Shown piece by piece: positions 55,149 to 64,000 of a stretch of DNA of 64,000 bases. The DNA lies in the NCBI GenBank assembly GCA_045636845.1, contig JAZTYG010000011.1, positions 1,345-65,344 of the forward strand, read 5' to 3'. The notes beneath the pieces are model-generated. The model was not told the DNA's origin. It did not search any database and worked only from the letters and a program-made list of their open reading frames with translations. A program made the translations under genes and the position numbers. Origin of the DNA: Candidatus Scatosoma sp. (lineage in GTDB: Bacteria; Bacillota; Clostridia; Christensenellales; Borkfalkiaceae). Every line of letters starts with the position of its first letter. Within the stretch, counting starts at the first letter, position 1.

Positions 55149-56954
55149 TTAAGCGTCTTTTTTAGCAAAAATAGCATATTCTCTTCTCGGTGCAAACGCT
55201 TTTGCCTTAGACGATGCAACACGGTCCCATTGAATTTCACCATTTTTAATCAAGCCCGCTGCATCCGTACAGTAGTAGTTGTACACGTCTTTAAGCGACC
55301 CATCCGTCTTCGATACAACGATGATAGAACCGCCGATAATCGGGCTATACTTACTCTTATCCGAAATACAGTCTTTTTCTTCAATAACACCAGTTTCTAA
55401 ATTCATGGCGTTTACGCGGTCATGTTCACCCGATTTTACGCCATAATGCAAACGAACGCCTTCATATACAACGCTTGCCGTGTTGTAATGCACGTGACCT
55501 ACAAAAATGGAGTCAAGGCCCAAGCCTTTCATCGCATTAAAGAACTCCTTATTGTGATCCCAACCGCCGATTAACTGCTTGCCGATATAACCAAAATCCC
55601 CTTCTTCTTTCCCTTCGTAAAGGTCAATGTTGATATTCGGTTTATTTTCCACCAAGCTCCAACCGTACTTTTCAAAATATGCTTCTTCAAATACTTTGGG
55701 TTGAATGTGGTAAGCAAGAGAAATTTCTACATTAGAAGTATGTTTTTTCAAATAGTTTACTTGTTCCAAGCACCAGTTAATTTGGTCAGGTTTCGCGCCG
55801 CAGTAATCGCTAATCGTATGGCCGTTTGCAAGACTTGCCTCGCTCGGCGCGTCTACTGCATTTGTATCCAACATATAGAATACACGAAGAAGCTCGCCGC
55901 CTTGCGCGATACCTACCGAGTAGTTGCAGTTACCCGACAATTCTCTTTGTTCAAATAAGCAATATTCCGCGTTTTCAAGCTGTTCACATTGCCAATCGGC
56001 ACCCATCGCGCTTTCATTATCGTGATTGCCAAATACTGGCGACCAAGGAATTTTCTTGCTTTCCATATACTCAATCAACGCAAGCAACGATGTCCCCTTA
56101 TCATCATACATACCATGCACCAAGTCACCCGTGATAATGATGAAATCGGGATTTGCCGCTTCAATGAGTTCGTCTATGTAGTTAAAGCAAAGATCATCCA
56201 AACGGTCGGGCGCCCAATGCGCTTTATAGCCTTGGCTCAAAGGCGAACGAGCCTGTGACGAGTCGATAAGCTGCGTGTCCGTCAACTGCAAAACAACAGG
56301 GTCGTGACCAACGGGTACTTCTACAATGAAATCGGGAATACCCAATGCAGACACAAGCACCGTATCCTCCTCTTTCATTTTACGCGTAGCTTCCGCATTG
56401 GCGAAATAGTCGTTACAGCCCGAACAAGTCCAGTGTTCTACCACACCGTTCTCTCTACCGTTTACAGGTACGCCTTCGTGATGCGTAAGGTCGTGCGAAG
56501 CCTTCAAAATAATATCCCCAATTTTAATTTCTTGCGTGCAATCTGCATCCGCATAGGTTGTTGCACAGCTCGAACAGGTCCAGTGTTCTAAGCTACCGCC
56601 ATTTTTACAGGTAGGTTCAATGCCTGCCGTATAGGTTAAGGTATGTTCTTGTTTCGAAATCGATACCACTTCCAAGGTCGTTTCCGTCATACCTTTATTG
56701 TCCGCAAAAAGAGTGCCGCAGGTACATTTCCAGTACTCTACGTTCCCCTCCGCTTTACAGGTTGCGGCGCGTTCAGGCACACGGATATAAATGTGCTTAT
56801 GGTCTCCATTCCCTTCGCTCGTTGCGCTTTCGATTTGCGTACTTTCACCCGTAGAACCGCCGCCCATCAAAGCCGACAAATCACACGCGGACAAAGCGCA
56901 TACGCTCATCAAGCCTAACAATACGCCAACAATTTTTTTCATCGTTTTTTTCAT
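55149..56954 (-). CDS. paralogous lipoprotein with 3 Cys-rich repeats and one metallophosphoesterase module
   Basis: MKKTMKKIVGVLLGLMSVCALSAC is a signal peptide nearly identical to that of the downstream gene, also at nt level. Motifs: LQLTDTQ, ITGDLVHGMYDD, FGNHDNES, AYHIQ, VGHVHYN. Confidence 0.8.
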   Translation of the reverse strand: MKKTMKKIVGVLLGLMSVCALSACDLSALMGGGSTGESTQIESATSEGNGDHKHIYIRVPERAATCKAEGNVEYWKCTCGTLFADNKGMTETTLEVVSISKQEHTLTYTAGIEPTCKNGGSLEHWTCSSCATTYADADCTQEIKIGDIILKASHDLTHHEGVPVNGRENGVVEHWTCSGCNDYFANAEATRKMKEEDTVLVSALGIPDFIVEVPVGHDPVVLQLTDTQLIDSSQARSPLSQGYKAHWAPDRLDDLCFNYIDELIEAANPDFIIITGDLVHGMYDDKGTSLLALIEYMESKKIPWSPVFGNHDNESAMGADWQCEQLENAEYCLFEQRELSGNCNYSVGIAQGGELLRVFYMLDTNAVDAPSEASLANGHTISDYCGAKPDQINWCLEQVNYLKKHTSNVEISLAYHIQPKVFEEAYFEKYGWSLVENKPNINIDLYEGKEEGDFGYIGKQLIGGWDHNKEFFNAMKGLGLDSIFVGHVHYNTASVVYEGVRLHYGVKSGEHDRVNAMNLETGVIEEKDCISDKSKYSPIIGGSIIVVSKTDGSLKDVYNYYCTDAAGLIKNGEIQWDRVASSKAKAFAPRREYAIFAKKDA

Positions 56955-56985
56955 CGTTTTGCTCCCATATTGATTTATATAGTTA

Positions 56986-57014
56986 TTATATCACATTATA
57001 TACCGTATTTCTAT
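56986..57014 (-). promoter_or_regulatory. candidate promoter of the metallophosphoesterase gene pair
   Basis: Minus strand TAGAAA, 17 nt, TGaTATAAT (-10 at 56991-56986). The AT-rich context makes alternatives possible. Confidence 0.35.
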
Positions 57015-57070
57015 TTATTATTTCTTGAATACTCCTCATTTTTTCGGTTAATACCCTTATTTCCCCCTTA

Positions 57071-58291
57071 TTATTTAAGAGGGATAATGTGCTTGGGCAA
57101 GCCGTTTTCGTAAATGGGGGTCAGCTCCCCTTGAATCAAAGGCAATGCGTAACGGATATACGCATCCGTCAAACCCGTACCATCTTCGTTAATCCATTCG
57201 CGAGGGAATACCTTTTCCTTGTTTGCAATTTCCTCAATCGCAACCACGTCCGTTGTGAAATGATAAGGCTTGTCACCCGTACGAAGAAGGGTTACCGCCA
57301 CGCCGCTTTTGCCTGCCTTTACCGCCGAAACAGCCGCTTCGCCTGCCGCGTACGCTTCGTTGATATCCGTCAAGCTAGAGATATGCGCCGCACTGCGTTG
57401 CAAAGTGGATAATTCGATAGCGCGTGTTTTTACGCCCAAACGCTTTGCACATTCATTCGCCAAGAACAACGCCGTACCCGTCAACTGCTTATGCCCAAAT
57501 ACGTCCTCTTTCGCATCTCGCACAGCCAGCTCGCAAACATAACGCCCGTCGGGGAGCTTTACACCTTCCGACACCGCAATCACAAGCGCCTTTTTCTTTT
57601 CCAAACAAGCGGAAACCTTTTCAAAAAAGTTTTCCATCGTAAAGGGTACTTCGGGCAGGAAAATCAAATCCGCGCCGTCGCAATCTTCGCCTTTTGCCAA
57701 GGCGCACGCCGCCGTAAGCCAGCCTGCGTTTCTACCCATAATTTCTACGATGGTTACTGCCTTCAAATCATAGATGGCGCAATCGCAAACCAGCTCTTTT
57801 ATCGTCGTTGCAACGAACTTCGCCGCGCTGCCATATCCAGGGGAATGGTCGGTTACAGCCAAATCGTTGTCAATCGTTTTCGGTACGCCGACAAAACGGA
57901 TTTTACTGCCGATTTTGTTGCCGTAGGCGGATAATTTTTCCACCGTATCCATACTGTCGTTGCCGCCGATATAGAAGAAACAATCGATTTCGTACTTTTC
58001 CAAAACCGCAAAAATTTTCTCATATTCCGCCACGCTGTCCTTTGCGTTTTTCAACTTGTAACGACAGCTACCAAGATAGCACGCAGGGGTACGCTTTAAC
58101 AAATCAATCTGTCCTTCCGAGCCAAGCAAATCATTCAACAGCACAAGGTTTTCGTTCATCAAACCGAAGATGCCGTTTCTCATACCGTAAACTTTGTTTA
58201 CACCTGCCTTTATTGCGCCGTCAAAAACGCCCGCAAGGCTTGCGTTGATAACCGAGGTAGGCCCGCCCGATTGACCTATTACTACATTCAT
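57071..58291 (-). CDS. pfp: phosphofructokinase, PPi-dependent type (diphosphate--fructose-6-phosphate 1-phosphotransferase-like)
   Basis: PfkA-family motifs: GQSGGPTSVINAS, IGGNDSMDT, VPKTIDNDL, MGRNAGW. Asp at the E. coli Gly104 position (GGNDS) and Lys at the Gly124 position (PKTIDND) are the residues usually diagnostic of PPi rather than ATP use. Confidence 0.7.
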   Translation of the reverse strand: MNVVIGQSGGPTSVINASLAGVFDGAIKAGVNKVYGMRNGIFGLMNENLVLLNDLLGSEGQIDLLKRTPACYLGSCRYKLKNAKDSVAEYEKIFAVLEKYEIDCFFYIGGNDSMDTVEKLSAYGNKIGSKIRFVGVPKTIDNDLAVTDHSPGYGSAAKFVATTIKELVCDCAIYDLKAVTIVEIMGRNAGWLTAACALAKGEDCDGADLIFLPEVPFTMENFFEKVSACLEKKKALVIAVSEGVKLPDGRYVCELAVRDAKEDVFGHKQLTGTALFLANECAKRLGVKTRAIELSTLQRSAAHISSLTDINEAYAAGEAAVSAVKAGKSGVAVTLLRTGDKPYHFTTDVVAIEEIANKEKVFPREWINEDGTGLTDAYIRYALPLIQGELTPIYENGLPKHIIPLK

Positions 58292-58329
58292 GTTTTATCC
58301 TCCCTAAAGGAATATACTTCTTATCGTTT

Positions 58330-58358
58330 ATTGTATCATATCTTGCCCAATTTTGCAA
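58330..58358 (-). promoter_or_regulatory. pfp promoter
   Basis: Minus strand TTGCAA (58358-58353), 17 nt, TGaTACAAT (-10 at 58335-58330). GGGAGGA RBS follows. Confidence 0.55.
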
Positions 58359-58429
58359 GCGTATGAAAGTATTTTTCCTATAAGGAACAATGTCTTAATT
58401 TAATAAACCTGCGACCTTTCCCTATAAAG

Positions 58430-58459
58430 TAAAAGCAGGACGGAATGTCCTGCTTTTTA
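58430..58459 (-). terminator. intrinsic terminator after the OB-fold lipoprotein gene
   Basis: AGCAGGAC (58434-58441), loop GGAAT, GTCCTGCT (58447-58454): an 8-bp stem with T/A runs on both sides. Confidence 0.65.
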
Positions 58460-58474
58460 CATTTTTACAAGTTA

Positions 58475-60691
58475 TCAATAGGTGTCGAAGTTCAAGGTGT
58501 TCAATACCTTGCCGTCAGCCGTATAAGCCGCCAACGCGCAGCCTGCCCAGAAGTCCTTATCGTTCCAGTTACAAGCCGCAACCTCCAAGGTTACCTCTTG
58601 ATTGTTAAACTGTTTCAACCAGCTGTATTGACCCGCGCCAGAGCAGTACAAGGTAATCTTTTGACCATCAACCGTGAAGCTAAGGCTCGTATAATAAGGG
58701 GTTTCGTTAATTACAATCGTGCCCGTCAATACGAATACCGTCGTGGAGTAGTCAACCTTCACGTCCAACCCGCCGAAATCCGCACCCGTCGCATCCGTTA
58801 CAAATCTTGCCGTAGAATATGTGTGGTTGCCGTAGTTGTTTACAAGAATTTCCGCATTCACGATACAGGTTTGACCTGCAATCGTGCTCGAATCGTCTTT
58901 CACATAGCGTTCACGCATACCCGTCAAAATGATTTCGTGACCAATTTCAAGGCCAACAAATTCTTCCGTGGAGTTTACCAAAACAGCAATCATGAAACCT
59001 TCTTCATCGAAGAGGTAGAAACCGTTTTTGTTAACAACGGAAGGACCTACGATACCCTTCACCGTTACAATTTCATCAGCATCCCAGCCGATTGCCTGCT
59101 TAACCGAGATATAATCGTAGCTAACCGCTTCGCCTACGGTAATCGTGATATCTTCGCTGAACGAAATGCCGTTATATGTACCGGTAATCGTTACCACAGC
59201 CGTACCGTTCGTACCGCAATGGAAGGTCGTTACGCCATTATCCGTGGTGAAATACGCTACGCTTTCATTGTTAGAGGAGTAGGAAAGCTGCGCGCCGCTA
59301 AAGCCCAACAATTCCGAAGAAACTTCCGTTACCATTTCGATAGCGGGGTCTGCGGTGTACGTGCTCGCAAATTGATCCACACCATAATATTCCACAGCAA
59401 ACTGCGCCGCATTGTTCGTGTTGAAGGTGTAACCTTCATCAATAATCATGATGGGAAGGAAACGATAAACGCAACCGGTATCCGTGCTCTTTGCGTTGAT
59501 AACCGAAAGGTAAACGGTGCAAATTTTACCGTTGAACGCATCCACCCAGTCAAAATCATTACCATTGCATTGCGTATAAACATAGCTGCCCGTTACGCCG
59601 TCAAGGTCGTCAATGTAGTAGTTGATGAACCCGTTACCAGGTGCCGTTTTTACCAACGCATTTACTTTGTAAATGGTCGTCGTAATATCTTCCGATACAG
59701 GGGTATCCATGATTGCCTTTACCGTGGTTTCTTCAATCCAGGATTTGTCAAACTCATGGTTGCCATTGTCGTTGTCAATAAGTGTTGCAGCTTCCAACTG
59801 GTTGCAACCGTTGTAGCCGTGTTTTGCTGCCGCGGTTTGTTCCTTTTCTAATACCCAGTAGGTCTTTTCGCCGATTACGGTGATTTTGTTACCAACGGTA
59901 ACTTGACCTGCAATATCGTTGTCGTAAACGTAGATAGAGTTCGTACCGTCTACGAGATATACACCGCTAGGTTTCATACCGTTTGCGTAGGTGATTTGTG
60001 CAACTACGCCTTCAATTTTTACAAGAGCGCCCTTCGCTGCATTACGCGCTTCGTCAATCGACATTTCAGCATATTCGCTTTCATCCACTTTTTCCACGTC
60101 GGGGGTGAATTCGATCAAACGAGCGTTTTTAATTTCTTTCGTGCCGTTGTAATTTTGAAGGATACAATGAAGCAATACTTCGTCGCCTTTTACAGGTTTG
60201 CTTTCAAAGTCTGCATAACCGATTTCACCGTCAGCGCTGTACGTACCGTAAACCTCAATCATACCCGTTTCATCTTTAATTCTCATTTGACCATAAGCAG
60301 GATTCAAGATGGAATCAACGATTGCGCGGATATAATATCTTTCTTCCGTGATATTACCAGACTCACCGCAAAGTTCCAACGCTTCCGCAATCGTAATTAC
60401 GGGATATTCTTCCTTATCCCCTTCCTCTTCACCGCCATCGGGGGCTTCAGAAGTCGTAGGGTCTTCGGAAGTTTCGGGAGCAGGCGTATCAGGGCCGCTA
60501 ATGGGGTCACTGTCTTCGGGTAAGTTTTCGCTTGCGCTTTCTTCCGAAGCCGTACCGCCACCAAGCAAGTCGCCAAGGTTTACGCCGCCGATATTCACAT
60601 CGCCAAAGCTTGCCGAAATATCGCACGCCGTTGCACCAGCCAACACACCCAAAGCCGTAAGCGTCAAAAGCAACTTTTTGAGTTTCTTCAT
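58475..60691 (-). CDS. surface lipoprotein with three OB-fold-like modules and a Big_2-like domain
   Basis: Signal LLLTLTALGVLAGATAC, then an acidic/Pro linker. Modules: ITIAEALELCG...MRIKDETGMIEVYG, MSIDEARNAAKGALVKIEGVVAQI...GVYLVDGTNSIYVY, ISVKQAIGWDADEIVTVKGIVGP...GFYLFDEEGFMIAV. These resemble the OB folds that precede extracellular nucleases (YhcR/ExeM type). Big_2-like GTAVVTITGTYNGISF. No nuclease domain seen. Confidence 0.45.
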   Translation of the reverse strand: MKKLKKLLLTLTALGVLAGATACDISASFGDVNIGGVNLGDLLGGGTASEESASENLPEDSDPISGPDTPAPETSEDPTTSEAPDGGEEEGDKEEYPVITIAEALELCGESGNITEERYYIRAIVDSILNPAYGQMRIKDETGMIEVYGTYSADGEIGYADFESKPVKGDEVLLHCILQNYNGTKEIKNARLIEFTPDVEKVDESEYAEMSIDEARNAAKGALVKIEGVVAQITYANGMKPSGVYLVDGTNSIYVYDNDIAGQVTVGNKITVIGEKTYWVLEKEQTAAAKHGYNGCNQLEAATLIDNDNGNHEFDKSWIEETTVKAIMDTPVSEDITTTIYKVNALVKTAPGNGFINYYIDDLDGVTGSYVYTQCNGNDFDWVDAFNGKICTVYLSVINAKSTDTGCVYRFLPIMIIDEGYTFNTNNAAQFAVEYYGVDQFASTYTADPAIEMVTEVSSELLGFSGAQLSYSSNNESVAYFTTDNGVTTFHCGTNGTAVVTITGTYNGISFSEDITITVGEAVSYDYISVKQAIGWDADEIVTVKGIVGPSVVNKNGFYLFDEEGFMIAVLVNSTEEFVGLEIGHEIILTGMRERYVKDDSSTIAGQTCIVNAEILVNNYGNHTYSTARFVTDATGADFGGLDVKVDYSTTVFVLTGTIVINETPYYTSLSFTVDGQKITLYCSGAGQYSWLKQFNNQEVTLEVAACNWNDKDFWAGCALAAYTADGKVLNTLNFDTY

Positions 60692-60726
60692 TTGTACACC
60701 TCACAAATTTATTTTCACTATTTTTA

Positions 60727-60756
60727 ATTATACGACCTTTTCCCTCTCCTTGTCAA
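60727..60756 (-). promoter_or_regulatory. promoter of the OB-fold lipoprotein gene
   Basis: Minus strand TTGACA (60756-60751), 18 nt, TATAAT (60732-60727). Confidence 0.55.
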
Positions 60757-60804
60757 GCTTTCAAAAGAAATTTCTCGTATCATTCTTTGTAATATTTCCA
60801 TTAA

Positions 60805-60832
60805 CAAAAAACACACCTCGACAAGAAGTGTG
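60805..60832 (-). terminator. intrinsic terminator downstream of the GHL6-type gene
   Basis: Minus-strand CACACUUC-UUGUC-GAGGUGUG (8 bp, one G-U), then U6. Confidence 0.6.
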
Positions 60833-60982
60833 TTTTTCATTTTACCCCTCAAAAATGATTAAATCTTTAACTGCTTTTGCAAAAAAGAAACCGCCTTAAC
60901 AATATCCGCCGCAGGATCATCCCCGCACTCTCTTTCAATCGTCAAAAAAACATCGCAGCGTATATCTTTAACGCCCTTAAAA

Positions 60983-62881
60983 TTAGTAAATTTCAACGAT
61001 TTCGTAGCAGTTAAAGTCTTTTATCGAGAAAGACACTCTGCCGTCTTTATAGTCAAATTCCAACGCTTGATTTGCAGGCTGCAAAACAACCTTGTTCGGC
61101 TTTTCGCATTTAATCGAGGTCGTTACTTTTGACAAGGTAACGATATCTTCTACGATTTCCACGCCGTCGCCGCGCTTGATGGTATTCGCATACCAAAGGT
61201 GGCAAACGGTTTTACCGCCCTTTTCATACAACGCCGCTTTACCCGGAGTAGGCAAATCGGTTACCACCGTGCGTTCACCGAGCAACATATCAAGCAAGGG
61301 CGAAATAATCTGTCTTGCCGTCAAAGAGCCATCCGTTGCGTATTGCGAGAACAAATCGGAGGCAATATAGATACCGTCCGCACCTTCCGTGATGCCTGCC
61401 GATACCTTTTCGGGGTCGTAAGGGGTGTGCAAGTGCGAACAATAACGGATGCCCCTTCTCGTAAAGTAAGGGGAAAGCTTATCCGCAAGCACTTTACCCG
61501 TCGCCTCGATATTGTACGCCTTTTCATAGGCAACAAACGCCATACCGTTTGCACATTTCAAATCGTAATTCGGTTGAATATAGCAAGGAATTTCTTTATC
61601 TATCCCTTGATATACACAGCCCAAATCAAACGCAGTTTTGCCGTTAAACAACGCGTTACGCCCCATCGCCAACAGTTTACCGCCGTTTGCAACGTACGCC
61701 TTCAACGCCTTGTATTCGCTTTCCGACAATTCCACGTCGTCTGCAAGGAAAATTACTTTATAGCGGTTGGAAATTTCCTCTTCGTCAATCAAATCGAACA
61801 AGATTTTTTCCTCGAAAAGGATACGGGAAAGCCCTACCCTTCCGTTGCCGCCATGAGGGGAATACATTGCTGCTTCCGCCAAATATTTACCGCCACGCCA
61901 AGCCTCGCGCGCTTTTACATACGCGTTTGCTTCGCCGATATTTTCATAAGTATAATCATCCAACTTTGCCGAAGGATGCACTTGGTCGCCCACACAGTAG
62001 CCTGCGTCCAACGCCAAGCATTGCGCCGCCTCATATTTGAGCGCCGCTTTGTATTTGAACGCGCCAAATTCCCCCCAACCGCGGTGGAATTTACCCGTCA
62101 TACCGATACAGTTTTTCCCTTGACGACGAAGATATGCCATGGAAAGAGGGAAATGGTCGTATCCCCAACCACCCGTAGGCAACGATTCCGTTTCCAACTG
62201 GTGACAGCAATCCATTCTATCCTTTCTCCCCACAGGGAAGTCACCGCCGTTGTGGAAAATAACGCAATCGGGTTTAATTGCGTGTACCGCTTTTTCTAAG
62301 CGAGACGTGTATTTCGCCAAGACGTCTTTTGCCTGCTGCAAATGATCCTCATAGCTGTCGGGGTCAAGCCCTTTTTCCACCATTTCCGCTTGACAGTATT
62401 CGCAATAGCAAGGCCAATCTGCCATGATATCGAAGAATACGCCGTCGGGCATGTACTTTCTCACCGCTTCTTCCGTTTGCGCCACCAAAATATCCAAATA
62501 AGGGGTGTTAAAGCAAATTCTACGGAAATAGGTATCGTCGCGCTTTTGCAAACCGCCTTCCGCGCGTTCTAACCATTCGGGATGTTGACGGGCAATATGT
62601 TCGTCATAACCTGCGGAAAGGTAAATTTTCGCCGACACGCCTACTTCTTTACAAGCCTGCACCTGTTTATCCAACAAGCTGCCGCAAAGGTGAGGATGTT
62701 TGAAGAATTTTGTATCCTCGTAATAAAAACAACCGTGATGGCATTTCGCAAAAAGGGTAATCGAGTCAATCCCCGATTTTACCAAATTCGCCTTAAATTC
62801 TTCCGCGTCAAATCCTGCGCCGATCCCTTCAATCAATTCGGAAGTGTGAAAGTCCAAATGGACACATCTCTTATCTTGCAT
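60983..62881 (-). CDS. putative glycoside hydrolase, GHL6-type TIM barrel + GH42M-like (beta-galactosidase trimerisation-like) domain
   Basis: CVHLDFHTSE...SITLFAKCHHGCFYYEDTKFFKHPHL matches my memory of the GHL6 N-terminus. VIFLADDVELSESEYKALKAYVANGGKLLAMG resembles the GATase1-like middle domain of GH42 enzymes. No signal peptide. Confidence 0.5.
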   Translation of the reverse strand: MQDKRCVHLDFHTSELIEGIGAGFDAEEFKANLVKSGIDSITLFAKCHHGCFYYEDTKFFKHPHLCGSLLDKQVQACKEVGVSAKIYLSAGYDEHIARQHPEWLERAEGGLQKRDDTYFRRICFNTPYLDILVAQTEEAVRKYMPDGVFFDIMADWPCYCEYCQAEMVEKGLDPDSYEDHLQQAKDVLAKYTSRLEKAVHAIKPDCVIFHNGGDFPVGRKDRMDCCHQLETESLPTGGWGYDHFPLSMAYLRRQGKNCIGMTGKFHRGWGEFGAFKYKAALKYEAAQCLALDAGYCVGDQVHPSAKLDDYTYENIGEANAYVKAREAWRGGKYLAEAAMYSPHGGNGRVGLSRILFEEKILFDLIDEEEISNRYKVIFLADDVELSESEYKALKAYVANGGKLLAMGRNALFNGKTAFDLGCVYQGIDKEIPCYIQPNYDLKCANGMAFVAYEKAYNIEATGKVLADKLSPYFTRRGIRYCSHLHTPYDPEKVSAGITEGADGIYIASDLFSQYATDGSLTARQIISPLLDMLLGERTVVTDLPTPGKAALYEKGGKTVCHLWYANTIKRGDGVEIVEDIVTLSKVTTSIKCEKPNKVVLQPANQALEFDYKDGRVSFSIKDFNCYEIVEIY

Positions 62882-62975
62882 TTGTCTATTTTCTCCACTA
62901 TTTTTTTCTTCATCTCAACCCTGCCCCCGCCGTTTTGCGGATAGCAAGCATTTTGATAAAACATATTACACTTAT

Positions 62976-63004
62976 ATTTTAATACAAAACCAAACACTAT
63001 CCAA
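62976..63004 (-). promoter_or_regulatory. candidate promoter of the GHL6-type hydrolase gene
   Basis: Minus strand TTGGAT (63004-62999), 17 nt, TAAAAT (62981-62976). Would give a ~90-nt leader. Confidence 0.35.
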
Positions 63005-63040
63005 GCATTTGAATAAAAAAATAAAGAAAATATGAAATAT

Positions 63041-63088
63041 AAAAAAAGCATTGCGAGTGAGTTCTATGAAAACATAGAACTCATTCGC
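63041..63088 (-). terminator. long hairpin terminator after the DUF4886-like gene
   Basis: GCGAGTGAGTTCTATG (63053-63068), loop AAAA, CATAGAACTCATTCGC (63073-63088): a 16-bp stem with one mismatch on the minus-strand RNA. U7 lies 5 nt after the stem on the minus strand. Confidence 0.6.
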
Positions 63089-63103
63089 ATACTTTTATGT
63101 TAA

Positions 63104-64000
63104 TTAGTAGTTAGAATTCGTTACAGCAAAAGGATTTGCCAACGCATTCTTAACGCTTTCACGGATCACTCTTGCCTCGATTGCGTCTACATTTGTCGGG
63201 TTGTAGGTGATTTCATCAGGGGTATAACCCGTAACCGTACAGAACATCGACAAGGAAGAGGTGAAACGGCCTTCATACACAGACAAGTGCGCGCCGTCAC
63301 GGTTCCATGCATCGAGCGTAGCATCGTCAGCACCCGCAAAGTTTACCTCAAGAACCGAAGAGGTACGACCGTTTTGAATAGCAGTACCTGCAGGAGAGAT
63401 CAAGCAGAAGTTCTTATTCGTCACGATCTTTTCCTGTACCGCCGACATGATGGAGTTATACATCTTCATCGTATCGTTGTCGTACAAGCCGCCAAACCAA
63501 TCCGAACCCGCAGGATACGACCAAGTCATGTTCCAAACAAGCTTCACTCTGTCTTTCTTAAGCGTGGTTTTTTGTACATAATCAACCAACTCATCCAAAT
63601 CGCTGTTGTAGCTTGCTACGTTACCGCTGTTACTGCTTTGCTGTTGCAAGCATACAAAATCCCAATCGGTAATCTTAAGACCTTGTGCCATCGTGCAGTT
63701 ATAGGTGGTCGTCCAACCTTCACCGTCGCCATACAAGAATTCGTAAGCAGGTGTATTGTTCACCATATAATCATGGTGCATTTCCAACGTGCAGCCGCCC
63801 TTTACAAGCGTACCAACCTCAATATCGGTGAAACCAAGCGATTTTGCAATTGCAGGCATCCACATAACGGTATCCTGCGAGAAGCTGTTGCCGATCATCA
63901 AGATCTTCAAAGAAGTAGCCTTTACTACGGTTACCGTATAGGTGTAGGATACATCGCCTACGCTTACGATAATTTCATATTCGCCAGCCTTCGCCGAAGA
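63104..64000 (-). CDS. DUF4886 (SGNH-hydrolase-like) domain protein, 3' part; ORF continues past the right edge
   Basis: KILMIGNSFSQDTVMWMPAIAKSLGF is the DUF4886 opening. The track start (TTG 63910) is not the real start. The same frame stays open to 64000 and reads SSAKAGEYEIIVSVGDVSYTYTVTVVKATSL, an Ig-like strand pattern, so a larger multidomain protein is truncated by the window. Confidence 0.7.
   Translation of the reverse strand, partial: SSAKAGEYEIIVSVGDVSYTYTVTVVKATSLKILMIGNSFSQDTVMWMPAIAKSLGFTDIEVGTLVKGGCTLEMHHDYMVNNTPAYEFLYGDGEGWTTTYNCTMAQGLKITDWDFVCLQQQSSNSGNVASYNSDLDELVDYVQKTTLKKDRVKLVWNMTWSYPAGSDWFGGLYDNDTMKMYNSIMSAVQEKIVTNKNFCLISPAGTAIQNGRTSSVLEVNFAGADDATLDAWNRDGAHLSVYEGRFTSSLSMFCTVTGYTPDEITYNPTNVDAIEARVIRESVKNALANPFAVTNSNY

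Overview
This looks like a chromosomal segment from a Gram-positive anaerobe of the Bacillota/Clostridia type. That is an inference from addB-addA, tilS-hpt synteny, a PPi-type phosphofructokinase, AGGAGG ribosome-binding sites, TG-extended -10 promoters and 25 of 26 genes on the minus strand. I saw no rRNA, tRNA, CRISPR array, transposase or integrase. The left 36 kb is a cell-surface block, all on the minus strand. It opens with a ~2900-aa signal-anchored giant (InlB B-repeats, Fn3-like modules, ~1900 aa of BspA-type leucine-rich repeats) that has its own promoter and terminator. From one consensus promoter at 26.9 kb, with no recognisable terminator up to the left edge, comes a Bat-like MoxR / DUF58 / 2x BatA-N+VWA module headed by a membrane protein with the same B-repeat fold. 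It is followed by an LRR lipoprotein and a 1141-aa Big_3 plus helical orphan. Next comes a 2579-aa chimera of a lactocepin/C5a-peptidase-type S8 cell-envelope protease with an LRR solenoid. The block ends with a 986-aa B-repeat/LRR protein, a B-repeat lipoprotein and the start of an ABC substrate-binding lipoprotein. The right 28 kb holds a small membrane protein, addA, addB, one divergent lipoprotein gene and a GH38 / GH78-like / tilS / hpt operon. It also holds two tandem paralogous lipoproteins with three purple-acid-phosphatase-like metallophosphoesterase modules; one of these genes carries a recent 1131-nt in-frame tandem duplication. After these come pfp, an OB-fold lipoprotein, a GHL6-type hydrolase and a DUF4886-like gene running off the right edge. 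Four signals are not explained by gene content. (1) A strictly co-oriented ~20-nt word (GGGGGCAGGTATGCGTTGAA on the coding strand) occurs six times between 36.6 and 47.2 kb, inside unrelated genes in all three reading frames. (2) GC-rich hairpins without U-tracts sit at intercistronic junctions of the surface block. (3) Cys-rich zinc-ribbon-like inserts occur in three exported proteins. (4) Three signal-anchored proteins share an FFxKxW juxtamembrane motif. All domain calls come from motif recognition by eye; no database search or folding program was available.
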